Below, one piece after another: positions 19,209-28,620 of a stretch of DNA of 64,000 nucleotides. The position numbers and the translations under genes are program-made. Source of the stretch: Thermovirgaceae bacterium (GTDB lineage: Bacteria; Synergistota; Synergistia; Synergistales; Thermovirgaceae); NCBI GenBank assembly GCA_040767805.1, contig JAXGNU010000003.1, positions 130,961 to 194,960 of the forward strand, written 5' to 3'. Position 1 is the first letter of the stretch, and each line of letters begins with the position of its first letter. The notes beneath the pieces were generated by a model that did no database searches, was not told the DNA's origin, and worked only from the letters and a program-made list of their open reading frames with translations.

Positions 19209-20474
19209 ATGAGCGGTGACCACCGGGGAGGGATCGCGGTGAACGCGGGGGACGTCAAAAAAGCGGTAAAAGCCCGGGAACGGGAGATCGTCAGTTTCCT
19301 TTCCAAGGTCCTTCAGACTCCAAGCGTGACGGGCTACGAAGCCGCGGTGGCGGAAGTGATCGCCCGGGAGATCGAAGGGATAGGTCTCAGGCCGCGGATC
19401 GAAGAAGCCGAAAAAGGAAGGCCCAATCTTTTGGCGGAATGGGAGGGCCTGCCGGGGCCGCGGTTTGTCTTTAACGGCCACATGGATGTATTCCCCCCGC
19501 CGGCAGGTTCAGAAGAGGAATACGGCGGACCCTGGTCGGGGCGGGTGGAAGGCGGCTGGATCTTCGGAAGCGGTGCCAACGACATGAAAGCAGGCCTCTG
19601 TGGCTCGATCATGGCCGTCCGAGTACTAAAGGAAATGGGATTCGTGCCGAAGGGGAGCGTCCTGCTGACCTGTACCTGCGATGAAGAGAACGGCGGCTGG
19701 CTCGGAGTGAAACACCTCTTGGGAAAAGGGTTGATAAAGGGCGATCTCGGGCTGAACATGGAACCAACATCGCTGAAACTTCTCCTTGACCACAGCGGCA
19801 TTTTCAGGGCACGTTTCATCATTGAGGGAAAGGGTGCTCACGCGAGCAACCCCAGCGAAGGGATCGACGCCCTGGAAAAATCTATCGGGGTCATCCAGGG
19901 GCTTTACGAACTGGGTAAGCGGCTGGAAAAACGATCCATCCCCGGCTGGGGAAGCCCTACCTTGAACGTGACCACCCTCCATGCGGGGACAGCGACAAAT
20001 GTCATTGCCGACCGAAGCACCTTTTCCATTGACCGAAGGCTGGTCCCCGGGGAAAGCCATGATGAGGCGGAAGCGGAAATAATGGCTGTCCTTGAAGAGC
20101 AGAGGAAAAAAGACCCGGACCTGCGCCTCGTCCGTGAGATCATCTCCGACCGGCCGGCGCTGGAGATCCCGCCCGATTCGGCCATCGTGAAAGCGATAGA
20201 GAAGGGTTTCAAGGACCTCCAGGGCAAGCCTCTGGAAAGAATGAAGGCGCGCTTCGGCTCCGATGCCGCCGACATCGTGAAAAACACCGGCATGCCAATG
20301 CCAATCCTCGGTCCGGGGAATGAGGATGAAGCCACATCGGTTGGCGAAAAATTAAGTATCGAAGAATACCTAGCCGCTGTCGAGATTTACGCCCTTACCG
20401 TCGCCAGGCTGTTATCTACCAGGGCGGGGTCAGATCCACACGGATCTTCGCCCCGGGCCTCGTCTACCACTTAA
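19209..20474 (+). CDS. M20 family metallopeptidase (ArgE/DapE-like)
   Basis: FNGHMDV, GSGANDMKAG, CDEENGG, MEPT, GKGAHAS, GSDA. Confidence 0.9.
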   Translation: MSGDHRGGIAVNAGDVKKAVKAREREIVSFLSKVLQTPSVTGYEAAVAEVIAREIEGIGLRPRIEEAEKGRPNLLAEWEGLPGPRFVFNGHMDVFPPPAGSEEEYGGPWSGRVEGGWIFGSGANDMKAGLCGSIMAVRVLKEMGFVPKGSVLLTCTCDEENGGWLGVKHLLGKGLIKGDLGLNMEPTSLKLLLDHSGIFRARFIIEGKGAHASNPSEGIDALEKSIGVIQGLYELGKRLEKRSIPGWGSPTLNVTTLHAGTATNVIADRSTFSIDRRLVPGESHDEAEAEIMAVLEEQRKKDPDLRLVREIISDRPALEIPPDSAIVKAIEKGFKDLQGKPLERMKARFGSDAADIVKNTGMPMPILGPGNEDEATSVGEKLSIEEYLAAVEIYALTVARLLSTRAGSDPHGSSPRASSTT

Positions 20475-20667
20475 GCCACCGCCCTGGAAGGGCAGGCTCC
20501 ATTCCAGCTTGCGCCAGCGGACGACATAAAAAATGACGGAGGCGGCATTTCAGAGCCAAGTAAGACCGGATAACCGGCCTACGGACCCCAGGAGCCACTC
20601 CTCCGCCAACAACATAGTAAACAAAATCATGGGGCCTGTCTAACTCAAGAATTCAAGGGTAGGCCCC
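20426..20667 (+). mobile_element. Probable decayed mini-element of a divergent Y1/HUH repeat family
   Basis: Left end GGGGTCAGATCCACAC; 20441-20470 translates RIFAPGLVYH (compare RIEYPGAFYH of the Y1 transposase); right end 20645-20667 on the minus strand reads GGGGCCTACCCTTGAATTCTTGA. Confidence 0.45.
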
Positions 20668-20674
20668 GCTGGGC

Positions 20675-21982
20675 TTAAAAGCCTTCGAGCTCCAGAGTGT
20701 CCAGCGTCGTCACGGCGCCTTCGTGCGAGTATTGGTAGAGCCCGGCGTGCCGTACGGAACTTTTCGGGGCGATCGCGACGAACGTCATCGTAGGTGTCGC
20801 GTTCTTGTCGATCCATGTTCCGGAGTTCACATATACGGCGCTCTTCCCGTCGTGCGTCTCCGAGGGGATGATCCTGGATTCGTGGGTGTGGCCGAAGACC
20901 ACGATACGCTTGTCGGACGCCGGGTTTCGGAAGTACTGCACAACGGCTTGATTGTCCGTTTCAGCCGAAGAAGCCGCCTTGGCGAGCGCGTCCCTGGCGG
21001 TAATTTTGACGGCAACCCTGTTGAGTGCCTGCCGTTCGTCCCACGTGTCCTGTATCCCTTTGAACAAATTCACGTCGATGACGCCGCCCTCCTCCGCCTG
21101 ACGGGGTATGAGGTCGCTCATCGCATAGGTTTTAGTGAAGCCGTCGATGTTGGTCCTGATGATCTTCTCCTCGAAGTCTTCTTTTATGGGCAGCTCGTCC
21201 ATCAGTGCTTCCCATACCTGCCAGTAGAGAAATTCGAGATCCTGGCTTTCGCCGAGGGAATTCGGAATGACGACCGGTCTGATCTTGCTCGGCTTGGGCT
21301 TGCCTTCGACGACGGAGAGCGCCGCGATGCGGGTGAAGAAGTACCCGGGAGGCAGGATTGAACCTGGAGCGACCTCTTTGTTCGAGATGGGATCCGGCGC
21401 ACAGAAGAAATTGTAGCGGTGCCCGTGCTCGATGGCGATCTCGGGATGGCCGTCCGGAGAATAGGTCCCGAGCCCCCGGACATCGCGCGCTTCCGCCATT
21501 CCGGGGAAGATGGTCTGGATGCTCTCGGAGGAGATCAGCAGGTCGTGATTCCCCGGCACGTAGACCACCTTGATCGTTCCGTCCCGGATAATGTCGTTGA
21601 ACGCGTCGACCACGTCCTTGTTGTTCGCGGCGACGCGCTGCACGAACTCCTTCTGGGTCTTTCCGGCGTACGTGTCCGTGCCGGCGGGGATGAACCACTC
21701 GTCGACGAGGTCGCCTGCGACGACTAGTTCCTTGATGTTCGGAGCGCACCGGACCTTCCGAAGAAAGTCGGCAAGCGGAGCGCGGTTACGCTGAATCTCC
21801 GCGTACCGGTCGTCCATCCCCAGATGTATGTCGCTGATGACGACGATGACGGAGCGTTCGCCGCCGAGCGCTGGAACGCCGCTCTCATCGAGAGTGAAGG
21901 CATAGTCCGACGCGAAGCAGAGGGGCGCAGTGCACAACAGTAAAAACAACAGAATGATGCTCTTGATACCCGTTCTTCTCAT
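20675..21982 (-). CDS. Secreted calcineurin-like metallophosphoesterase
   Basis: Signal peptide MRRTGIKS...LCFA; ISDIHLG, AGDLVD, VPGNHD, EHGH, FGHTH, YVNSGTW. Confidence 0.88.
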   Translation of the reverse strand: MRRTGIKSIILLFLLLCTAPLCFASDYAFTLDESGVPALGGERSVIVVISDIHLGMDDRYAEIQRNRAPLADFLRKVRCAPNIKELVVAGDLVDEWFIPAGTDTYAGKTQKEFVQRVAANNKDVVDAFNDIIRDGTIKVVYVPGNHDLLISSESIQTIFPGMAEARDVRGLGTYSPDGHPEIAIEHGHRYNFFCAPDPISNKEVAPGSILPPGYFFTRIAALSVVEGKPKPSKIRPVVIPNSLGESQDLEFLYWQVWEALMDELPIKEDFEEKIIRTNIDGFTKTYAMSDLIPRQAEEGGVIDVNLFKGIQDTWDERQALNRVAVKITARDALAKAASSAETDNQAVVQYFRNPASDKRIVVFGHTHESRIIPSETHDGKSAVYVNSGTWIDKNATPTMTFVAIAPKSSVRHAGLYQYSHEGAVTTLDTLELEGF

Positions 21983-22105
21983 GGTCTCATTCCCTTTCGT
22001 GTGCGAAGTGATCGGTTGATGCGCGCAACTCCGCTTTATCGTAATAAAGTTAAGTGGCGGTATGGGCTGCTCTGTGCGAACAATACCACGAATTTCTCCC
22101 TTATA

Positions 22106-22127
22106 GGTGTCAGACCTACACAATTGA
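22106..22127 (+). repeat. 22-bp island repeat, perfect copy
   Basis: GGTGTCAGACCTACACAATTGA. Confidence 0.95.
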
Positions 22128-22131
22128 TGAA

Positions 22132-22158
22132 ACGCCCCTCTGCCCTTCAGAGGGGCGT
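22132..22158 (-). terminator. Hairpin downstream of the 93-aa gene, adjacent to the repeat
   Basis: ACGCCCCTCTG pairs with CAGAGGGGCGT. Confidence 0.6.
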
Positions 22159-22212
22159 GACCCGACCTCGGCTGATCACTGCCAGGGGATCCCAAGTTCC
22201 CCAGGGCCGCCT

Positions 22213-22494
22213 TCAGGCCTCGTCGGTCTCGTCGATCTCGGTATAGGTGAAAAGGGGACCCTCCATTTTTTCCAGTTCCCTCAGCGACTCCTCGTCGCCC
22301 TTCTGCCTTAGCCTCCCGGCGCGCATCCAGTCGTCGGACTCCAGGGTGGCAGGGATCTTCATCCCGTCGATCTCCGCCATGATAGCGACCTCCCGGCAGT
22401 AGAGCTTGCCCCCCTCCCGGATGATCTCCCACAGGGGGTATTCTTTGCCCCCCACCTCGATGAGCTCATCGCTCTTCTTTATGACTTCCCTCAA
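22213..22494 (-). CDS. Hypothetical acidic 93-aa protein
   Basis: GGAGG RBS upstream, host-like codon usage, downstream hairpin; no recognisable family. Confidence 0.6.
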   Translation of the reverse strand: MREVIKKSDELIEVGGKEYPLWEIIREGGKLYCREVAIMAEIDGMKIPATLESDDWMRAGRLRQKGDEESLRELEKMEGPLFTYTEIDETDEA

Positions 22495-22888
22495 GGCTGG
22501 TCGCCTCCCCCGCGTCCGGCCAGGCCTCTCTTTTTCGCCGAGTCACGGAACGAGACCGATCCCTTAATAAGAACCGTCTACGGAGCCTCTCTCCCCTTGA
22601 GACGGCGCTGGTCCGAGTTCGTGGTTTCGCCCAAAACGATTTCTTGCTGATTATCCCACGATCATTACGTACTCATCCATTTTAGTAACTGACTACAAAG
22701 GGACCGACAAGCAATAAATTTACTCAATTGGCGCCCAAATTGGGAGCAAGCCGGGCATCACGGGTTGCCTTTTCACCTCTTCCGAAGCCGGATGATCAAA
22801 AGCGAAGACAGAACCTCATCTCTTCATTGCTTTATCGGGAATGTTATGCTATCTCTTAACATATAGTTTCGAGGAAGGAGGGGTGCTT

Positions 22889-24820
22889 TTGTTCGAAAGG
22901 CTGAGAAGCGAGGGCAGGATAGGTCGCTTGACCATCCCCAACCGCGTGGTAATGCCCGCGATGGGGACAAACCTGTCGGCCACGGGAGGCGGCGTGACCG
23001 ATGACATCATCGCCTTCTACGAGGCGAGGGCAAAGGGCGGCGTCGGTCTCATCATCACCGAGGTGACCAGAATCGAAGGGGGCCGGGGCATCAGCGACCC
23101 GTGCCAGCTCGCAGCTTACCGGTACTCCGATATCGCTGACCTCCAGCGGCTGACCGGCGCAGTTCAGAAGTACGGCACGAGGATCTTCATCCAGCTTCAG
23201 CACCCCGGCCGCATGGCCTCCCCCTTGGTGGCGGGCGAAACCCCGGTGGCCCCTTCCCCGGTGGCCGACCCATCGAGCCCGGGCAACGTGCCGCGTGAGT
23301 TGACCGAGGACGAGTGCACCGAGATGGTCGGCAAGTTCGTCTTCGCCGCCTACGTGGCGAAGTCCGCGGGCGCGGACGGAGTGGAGCTTCACGGCGCGCA
23401 CGGCTACCTGATCAACGAGTTCCTCTCCCCCGCCATGAACTTCCGCACCGACCGGTACGGGGGGTCCTTCGAGAATCGCATGAGGTTCGTCGAGGAGATA
23501 ATCGCCGGGATAAAGAGCGGCTGCGGGAAGCACTTCCCCATCTCGGTGCGCATCAACGCCGAGGAGAGCCTCCCGGGGGGGATCGACCCCGAAGAGGCCG
23601 CCCGGATCGCCGCCGCTTTGGAGAGAGCCGGTGCGGACGCGATCAACGTGAGCTGCTACAACCTCGGCTGCATCGAACCCGGGTCTTACGAGCAGGGGTG
23701 GAAGAAGTACATGGCGGCGGCCGTCAAGAAGGCCGTCTCCATCCCCGTGATAGCCGTGAGCAACATCAAGGACCCGTCCGTTGCCGAAGCCCTGCTCGAA
23801 GAGGGGGTCTGCGACTTCGCAGGGGTCGGCCGCGGCCTGCTGGCGGATCCGGAATGGGCCGCCAAGACCTTCTCCGGCGGTGATAGCGTCATTCGAAGGT
23901 GTATAGGCTGCCTCAGCTGCTTCGCTGAGATCGCCAACCTCAGGCAGGTGCGGTGCGCGGTGAACCCGAAGACCGGTCGCGAGCGCGAGTACCTGTACCC
24001 GGTCCGCGACGGCGAGGGGCGCGCCGTTGCCGTGATCGGCGGTGGCCCCGCGGGTATCGAGGCCGCCCTTGTTCTCAAGGAGCGCGGATTTGCCCCGGTC
24101 ATATTCGACGGCGGGGAGCGGCTGGGCGGGACCCTGAACACCGCCGACAGGGGTTACGGCAAGGACAAGATCACAAAATACGTCGACTCCCTGGTCGCCC
24201 AGGTCGAGAATGCCGGGATAGAGGTCCGGCTGGGGCTGGAGGTCACCCCCGAGGACGTCGGGGGCCTGGACCCCTGCAGCGTATTCCTGGCGTGCGGCGG
24301 GGAACCCTGCATCCCGCCCGTCCCCGGAACGGATCTTGACTTCGTCTGCACCGCGGAGGACGTGTTGCTGGGGCGTGCCTGTCCGGAGGGGAGGATCGTA
24401 GTAGTAGGATCGGGCATGACCGGGCTTGAGACGGCTGAGACGCTGGCCCTCAAGGGGTGCGGGGTCACCATGGTGGAGATGCTCGGCGAGGTCGGCCCGG
24501 GCATGTACTACCTCGTGGTGTTGGACGTGATGAGCCGCATCGGGCCCCACGATCCCGTGATACTGACCGGTCACAGGCTGGAGCGGATCGTCCCCGGCGG
24601 CGTGGAGCTTTCGCGGCTGTCGGACGGAGAGAAGGTAGCGGTACAGGCGGACAGCGTTGTGCTGGCGGTGGGTGTCGCCCCGCGCAAGGGCGTGACGGAG
24701 CCCTTCAAGGCCGCCTTTCCCGACGCCGTGGTCATAGGCGACGCTAGGTGCTGCGGGCGCATACTCGAGGCCACGCAGGACGCTCGCGGAAGGGCCTTCA
24801 CGTTTGAACCGCAAGCATAG
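22889..24820 (+). CDS. NADH:flavin oxidoreductase (Old Yellow Enzyme plus FAD domain; FadH/BaiCD-like)
   Basis: NRVVMPAM, ELHGAHGYLINEFLSP, RTDRYGGS, CIGCLSC Fe-S motif, VIGGGPAG. Confidence 0.9.
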   Translation: MFERLRSEGRIGRLTIPNRVVMPAMGTNLSATGGGVTDDIIAFYEARAKGGVGLIITEVTRIEGGRGISDPCQLAAYRYSDIADLQRLTGAVQKYGTRIFIQLQHPGRMASPLVAGETPVAPSPVADPSSPGNVPRELTEDECTEMVGKFVFAAYVAKSAGADGVELHGAHGYLINEFLSPAMNFRTDRYGGSFENRMRFVEEIIAGIKSGCGKHFPISVRINAEESLPGGIDPEEAARIAAALERAGADAINVSCYNLGCIEPGSYEQGWKKYMAAAVKKAVSIPVIAVSNIKDPSVAEALLEEGVCDFAGVGRGLLADPEWAAKTFSGGDSVIRRCIGCLSCFAEIANLRQVRCAVNPKTGREREYLYPVRDGEGRAVAVIGGGPAGIEAALVLKERGFAPVIFDGGERLGGTLNTADRGYGKDKITKYVDSLVAQVENAGIEVRLGLEVTPEDVGGLDPCSVFLACGGEPCIPPVPGTDLDFVCTAEDVLLGRACPEGRIVVVGSGMTGLETAETLALKGCGVTMVEMLGEVGPGMYYLVVLDVMSRIGPHDPVILTGHRLERIVPGGVELSRLSDGEKVAVQADSVVLAVGVAPRKGVTEPFKAAFPDAVVIGDARCCGRILEATQDARGRAFTFEPQA

Positions 24821-24838
24821 ACGAAAGGAGAGTTTATT

Positions 24839-25687
24839 ATGGACAGAGGCTACCAGATTCCGGAGGAAAAAATCGAGGACTTCATGAAGGATGGCGCGAT
24901 GAACGACCAGTACGGCATCCAGCTTTTTTTCAACACCGACCCGAAAAGGGCGAAGGAACTGCTGCCGCCGCCCCTGGTGCCGGCGGACCCTTCAAACCCG
25001 ATGGCATACGCCTACATCGTGAACATCCGCCAGCCCACCTTCTCCCCATGGTACATGGAGGGTGGGCTCGGGATAATGGCGCGCCTGGGAGATTACGAGG
25101 GCGTCTACTTCCTGGGGCTGATGCTTAGCGGCCCCGGCTCACTGATGGGAGCCTTCTCTGGGCGCGAGGGGTCCGGGCTTGCCAAGAAGCTGTGCGAAAG
25201 GATCCTCGTCGAGAGGACGGGCGACGAGGGAAGATGCCTTATACGTCGCGGCGGGGTCGATCTGATAGACGTGAAACTGAAGATAGGATCCTACAACCAG
25301 AAAGGCTTCAGGATGGAGCAGGAGGGGTGCTCAAGGGAGAGACCGGCAGTTATCGGCGGCGGTTGCCTCAACCACAGGTACGATATAGAGCACGGAGGCT
25401 TCGCGAATCTCAGGGTGATCAACTACGACAGCCCCAGCCGCATCTACTCATGGGAACCTGCAACGGCGGAGATGTCGCTGGCCTCCTCCGTAGACGACAG
25501 GTGGGGGGAGCTGCCTGTGACCAACGTTATCGGAGCGGGCTGGATGGTCAGCGACAACTGGGTCACAAGTCAGGAGAAGATCTACGACTACAAGGACGAG
25601 CAGGAAATCCAGCGGGCCGTGTGTCTTCTGCTTCCGGGCCGCTACGATCGTTGCACGTTCCTAAAGGACCACCAGTCCTACGAATAG
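24839..25687 (+). CDS. Acetoacetate decarboxylase family protein
   Basis: TDP...KELLPPPL, Y.EGG, GREGSGLAKK (compare GRExxGxPKK). Confidence 0.75.
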   Translation: MDRGYQIPEEKIEDFMKDGAMNDQYGIQLFFNTDPKRAKELLPPPLVPADPSNPMAYAYIVNIRQPTFSPWYMEGGLGIMARLGDYEGVYFLGLMLSGPGSLMGAFSGREGSGLAKKLCERILVERTGDEGRCLIRRGGVDLIDVKLKIGSYNQKGFRMEQEGCSRERPAVIGGGCLNHRYDIEHGGFANLRVINYDSPSRIYSWEPATAEMSLASSVDDRWGELPVTNVIGAGWMVSDNWVTSQEKIYDYKDEQEIQRAVCLLLPGRYDRCTFLKDHQSYE

Positions 25688-25709
25688 ACAAGAAAGGCGG
25701 GATGCACCG

Positions 25710-26570
25710 ATGGAATTAGATAAAGGCTACTACAAAGGCAAGACCGCCGTCGTCACCGGGGCGGCGTCGGGCATAGGGCTGGCCCTCATTGAGGAGCTGC
25801 TGGCCTACGGGGCGGAGAAGGTCGTGCTCGCGGACTTTAACGCTGTGAACCTGAAAAAGCATACCGACCGTCTTTCGGCCGAATATCCCGGGAGAGTTAA
25901 GGGCATCCTCTGCGACGTGACGAAGGAGAACGAGGTCGTGGACATGATCGCCGAGGCCGCGGAGTTCTTCGGCGGGAGGATCGACCTGCTGATCAACAAC
26001 GCCGGGGCGGGAGTTATGGGGATGTTCACCGAGTCGTACCCCCCCATACCCGAGAAGGATCGCCACGGGATGATCGTCCAGACCAACAAGGACTGGGAAA
26101 AGGCCTTCGCCCTCAACTTCTACGGGGCGCTGTACGGTTGCCGCGAGGTTATTCCCATAATGCAGAAGAACGGAGGCGGGCAAGTGATCAACGTGATCTC
26201 GGGCATAGCCTTCTACCCCATGGCTTACCAGTCGATGTACGCGGCCACCAAGGCGGCCCTGAACGGCCTGACCCTTTCCCTGCGCTACGAGTACTGGGAC
26301 GATAACATCAAGTTCAACTCCGCCACGCCCGGCACGACGGCCACGGCTATCTGGGGCGATATGGCCCCGCCGCCGACCGCCCAGACCCCCCAGCAGTCGG
26401 CAAGGCGCATCCTGGCCCAGGCCGCGAAAAACAGGCGGGTCATATTCGGCGACGACCCGGACGAGGCGGGGGCGAAAAACTGCTTCCACCCGGATCACGA
26501 GGATATACCGGACACCTACCTTCTGGAGGTGGCAAGGGCCAGAAGGAGCGGCGAGTCCACCCGGGTCTAG
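25710..26570 (+). CDS. Short-chain dehydrogenase/reductase
   Basis: TGAASGIG, NNAG, YAATK. Confidence 0.92.
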   Translation: MELDKGYYKGKTAVVTGAASGIGLALIEELLAYGAEKVVLADFNAVNLKKHTDRLSAEYPGRVKGILCDVTKENEVVDMIAEAAEFFGGRIDLLINNAGAGVMGMFTESYPPIPEKDRHGMIVQTNKDWEKAFALNFYGALYGCREVIPIMQKNGGGQVINVISGIAFYPMAYQSMYAATKAALNGLTLSLRYEYWDDNIKFNSATPGTTATAIWGDMAPPPTAQTPQQSARRILAQAAKNRRVIFGDDPDEAGAKNCFHPDHEDIPDTYLLEVARARRSGESTRV

Positions 26571-26601
26571 AGGCACGGCCCGGTTTCCTAGCAACGCGGA
26601 C

Positions 26602-26637
26602 AGGGTGGGCGAGCCCCAGGGGCCGCCCACCCTCTTT
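26602..26637. terminator. Terminator between the convergent SDR and yedF genes
   Basis: AGGGTGGGCG pairs with CGCCCACCCT, followed by CTTT. Confidence 0.6.
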
Positions 26638-26678
26638 GCAGGGTGCTGTCCGGGCTGGGAGAAGATCTCCCCGTGCGG

Positions 26679-27296
26679 TCAGATGCTGATGGTATTACTC
26701 GCCCTGGCCATCTTTTCCGTTATTCCATACATGTCGGCTACGCTGCCGACGGCCAGTTTGCCCTGCAGCTCGAAGTAATTGATGCAGGTCCCGCAGGACA
26801 GGATATTCGTCCCGGCGGCTTCCAGTCTTTTCAGGTCATCGATCGCATTGGAGCCTTCGGCCGTCAAGAACACCCCTGAGTTTAAGAATAATATCGATTC
26901 GGGAGGTGTCTTGAGCTCCGTCAGGGAGTAAATGAATCCCTTGACCAGGATCTTGCCCAGTTCGTCGGAACCAGCCCCCATGCCGTCCTTGCCGATCACG
27001 ACGACCATTCTTTCGGGAGCCGCGGAAGGGCGGACCTCGCCTTGTTCGCTCCTCTCCTCTTCAACAGCGGGGGCCGCGGCGCCGCTTTTAACGATAAGGA
27101 CATCGAAAAGGCCCGACGAAACCTCCTGGTAAGAAAAATCGTACCCGTAGCCCCTGGCCATTTTCTCAAGATTCTGCACCGCCACGATGTTGTCCACTTT
27201 CACGGTGACGGCCTCCACGTCCCCTTGCCCCAGCGCTTTTTTGGCTTTTATGACCGGTATGGGACACGGCTGCCCCAAGACATCGATAGTTTTCAT
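26679..27296 (-). CDS. yedF: Sulfurtransferase-like selenium metabolism protein YedF (TusA + DsrE domains)
   Basis: IDVLGQPCPIPVIKAKK; G.GSDELGKILVKGF; FLNSGV; SCGTC. Confidence 0.9.
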   Translation of the reverse strand: MKTIDVLGQPCPIPVIKAKKALGQGDVEAVTVKVDNIVAVQNLEKMARGYGYDFSYQEVSSGLFDVLIVKSGAAAPAVEEERSEQGEVRPSAAPERMVVVIGKDGMGAGSDELGKILVKGFIYSLTELKTPPESILFLNSGVFLTAEGSNAIDDLKRLEAAGTNILSCGTCINYFELQGKLAVGSVADMYGITEKMARASNTISI

Positions 27297-27315
27297 GGCC
27301 GACCTCCTCTTCCTG

Positions 27316-28620
27316 CTAGAACAGGATGATATCCCTGTCCCGGGTGACTATCTCCCCAATGACCCTCGCGGCGGGGTCTCCGGTCTGTATCTCCGCCAGT
27401 AATGCGGCCGCCTGGCCCTCGTCTACGGCGACGAGCAGCCCGCCGGAGGTCTGGGGGTCAAAGAGCAGTTCCTGCAGGGCGAAGGGCAAACCGGAGACGT
27501 CGGCCTTGCCCGCCAGGAAGTTTCGGTTCCGCTGGCCCGCGGCGGTGACCAGGTACTCCTCGGCGTACTGGTAGGCCTCTTCGAAATAGGGGATCTCCCC
27601 CGGGTAGAGCAGGATGGAAACTTTGTCCGAAGCCATCTCCAGCATGTGCGCCATCAGGCCGAAACCAGTGATATCGGTGCAGGCGCTGACCGTATAGTTC
27701 CGCATCTTTTCCGCCGCGTATTTGTTCAGGCGCTCCATCGCGGCCACGGCCTTGTCGACGGCTGCCCCGCTGGCGACCTCACCCCGCAGGGCCGCCATGA
27801 TGATCCCGGTGCCGAGGGGCTTCGTCAGTATGAGTTTATGACCCCGTTCCGGCGTGTCGTTCCTGATAATACGGCCGTTATCGATGATCCCCGTCACGGC
27901 CAGGCCGTACTTCGGCTCCTTGTCGTATATAGAATGCCCGCCCGCCAGGACGGCACCCGCCTCCATGACTTTTTCCGCGCCGCCCGTCAGTATCTCGTTC
28001 AGGATCTCCAGGTCCAGGGACTCAGGGAAACAAACCAGGTTCAGGGCCGTTAAAGGTTCGCCTCCCATGGCGTAGATGTCACTAAGAGCGTTCGTCGCCG
28101 CTATCCTGCCAAAGGTGCGCGGCTCATCCACCATGGGCGGGAAGAAATCCGCCGTCATCACCAGGGAGCGGTGGTCGTCGATCCTGTAGACCGCGGCGTC
28201 GTCGGAGGAACCGTAGCCGACAAGCAGGTTGGCGTCACTCCGCACGGGCAGACTTGTCAGCAGCTTGGACAGCTCTCCGGGGCTGATCTTCGCACCGCAG
28301 CCGCCGCTGGTGCAGTTATCTAAAAGCGAATGGAGCTTTTTCCCCTTCAGTGTGTTCAGATCTTCCACCTTCTTGAAGGAGACGTCGCTTTTCGCCCCTT
28401 CCATTGAATATACGCCTATATCATGGACTTCATTGGTCGTCAGCGCCGAAAGCGCGGGCTCGATGTCTTCCGCCCGGAGTTTCAGGCATATCCCACAGCC
28501 AGCGCGGATCTTCGACGGCAGCGGGAGCACCGTCACCTTAAGGCCCCGCTCCTCCAGGCACCTTTCTGCCTTTATGGCCTGGTTGGTGTTTTTGAAGGTA
28601 ATTAAGTATCCCATCTTCAT
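27316..28620 (-). CDS. selD: Selenide,water dikinase SelD with a fused N-terminal DUF3343-like domain
   Basis: GGCGAK, DDAAV, TADFFPP, NALSDIYAMGG, GGHS, TKPLGTG, TDITGFGL, DPQTSGGLL; N-terminal ~90 aa TF..T..AIKAE...PLPSKIRAGCG. Confidence 0.93.
   Translation of the reverse strand: MKMGYLITFKNTNQAIKAERCLEERGLKVTVLPLPSKIRAGCGICLKLRAEDIEPALSALTTNEVHDIGVYSMEGAKSDVSFKKVEDLNTLKGKKLHSLLDNCTSGGCGAKISPGELSKLLTSLPVRSDANLLVGYGSSDDAAVYRIDDHRSLVMTADFFPPMVDEPRTFGRIAATNALSDIYAMGGEPLTALNLVCFPESLDLEILNEILTGGAEKVMEAGAVLAGGHSIYDKEPKYGLAVTGIIDNGRIIRNDTPERGHKLILTKPLGTGIIMAALRGEVASGAAVDKAVAAMERLNKYAAEKMRNYTVSACTDITGFGLMAHMLEMASDKVSILLYPGEIPYFEEAYQYAEEYLVTAAGQRNRNFLAGKADVSGLPFALQELLFDPQTSGGLLVAVDEGQAAALLAEIQTGDPAARVIGEIVTRDRDIILF

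Noticed and set aside
12455..24814. Long antisense ORFs such as 12455-14719 and 22856-24814
   Set aside because: Shadow frames of GC-rich genes with no recognisable motifs.
27316..28620. Selenocysteine (UGA) recoding in selD
   Set aside because: The active-site codon is Cys and the ORF is uninterrupted.
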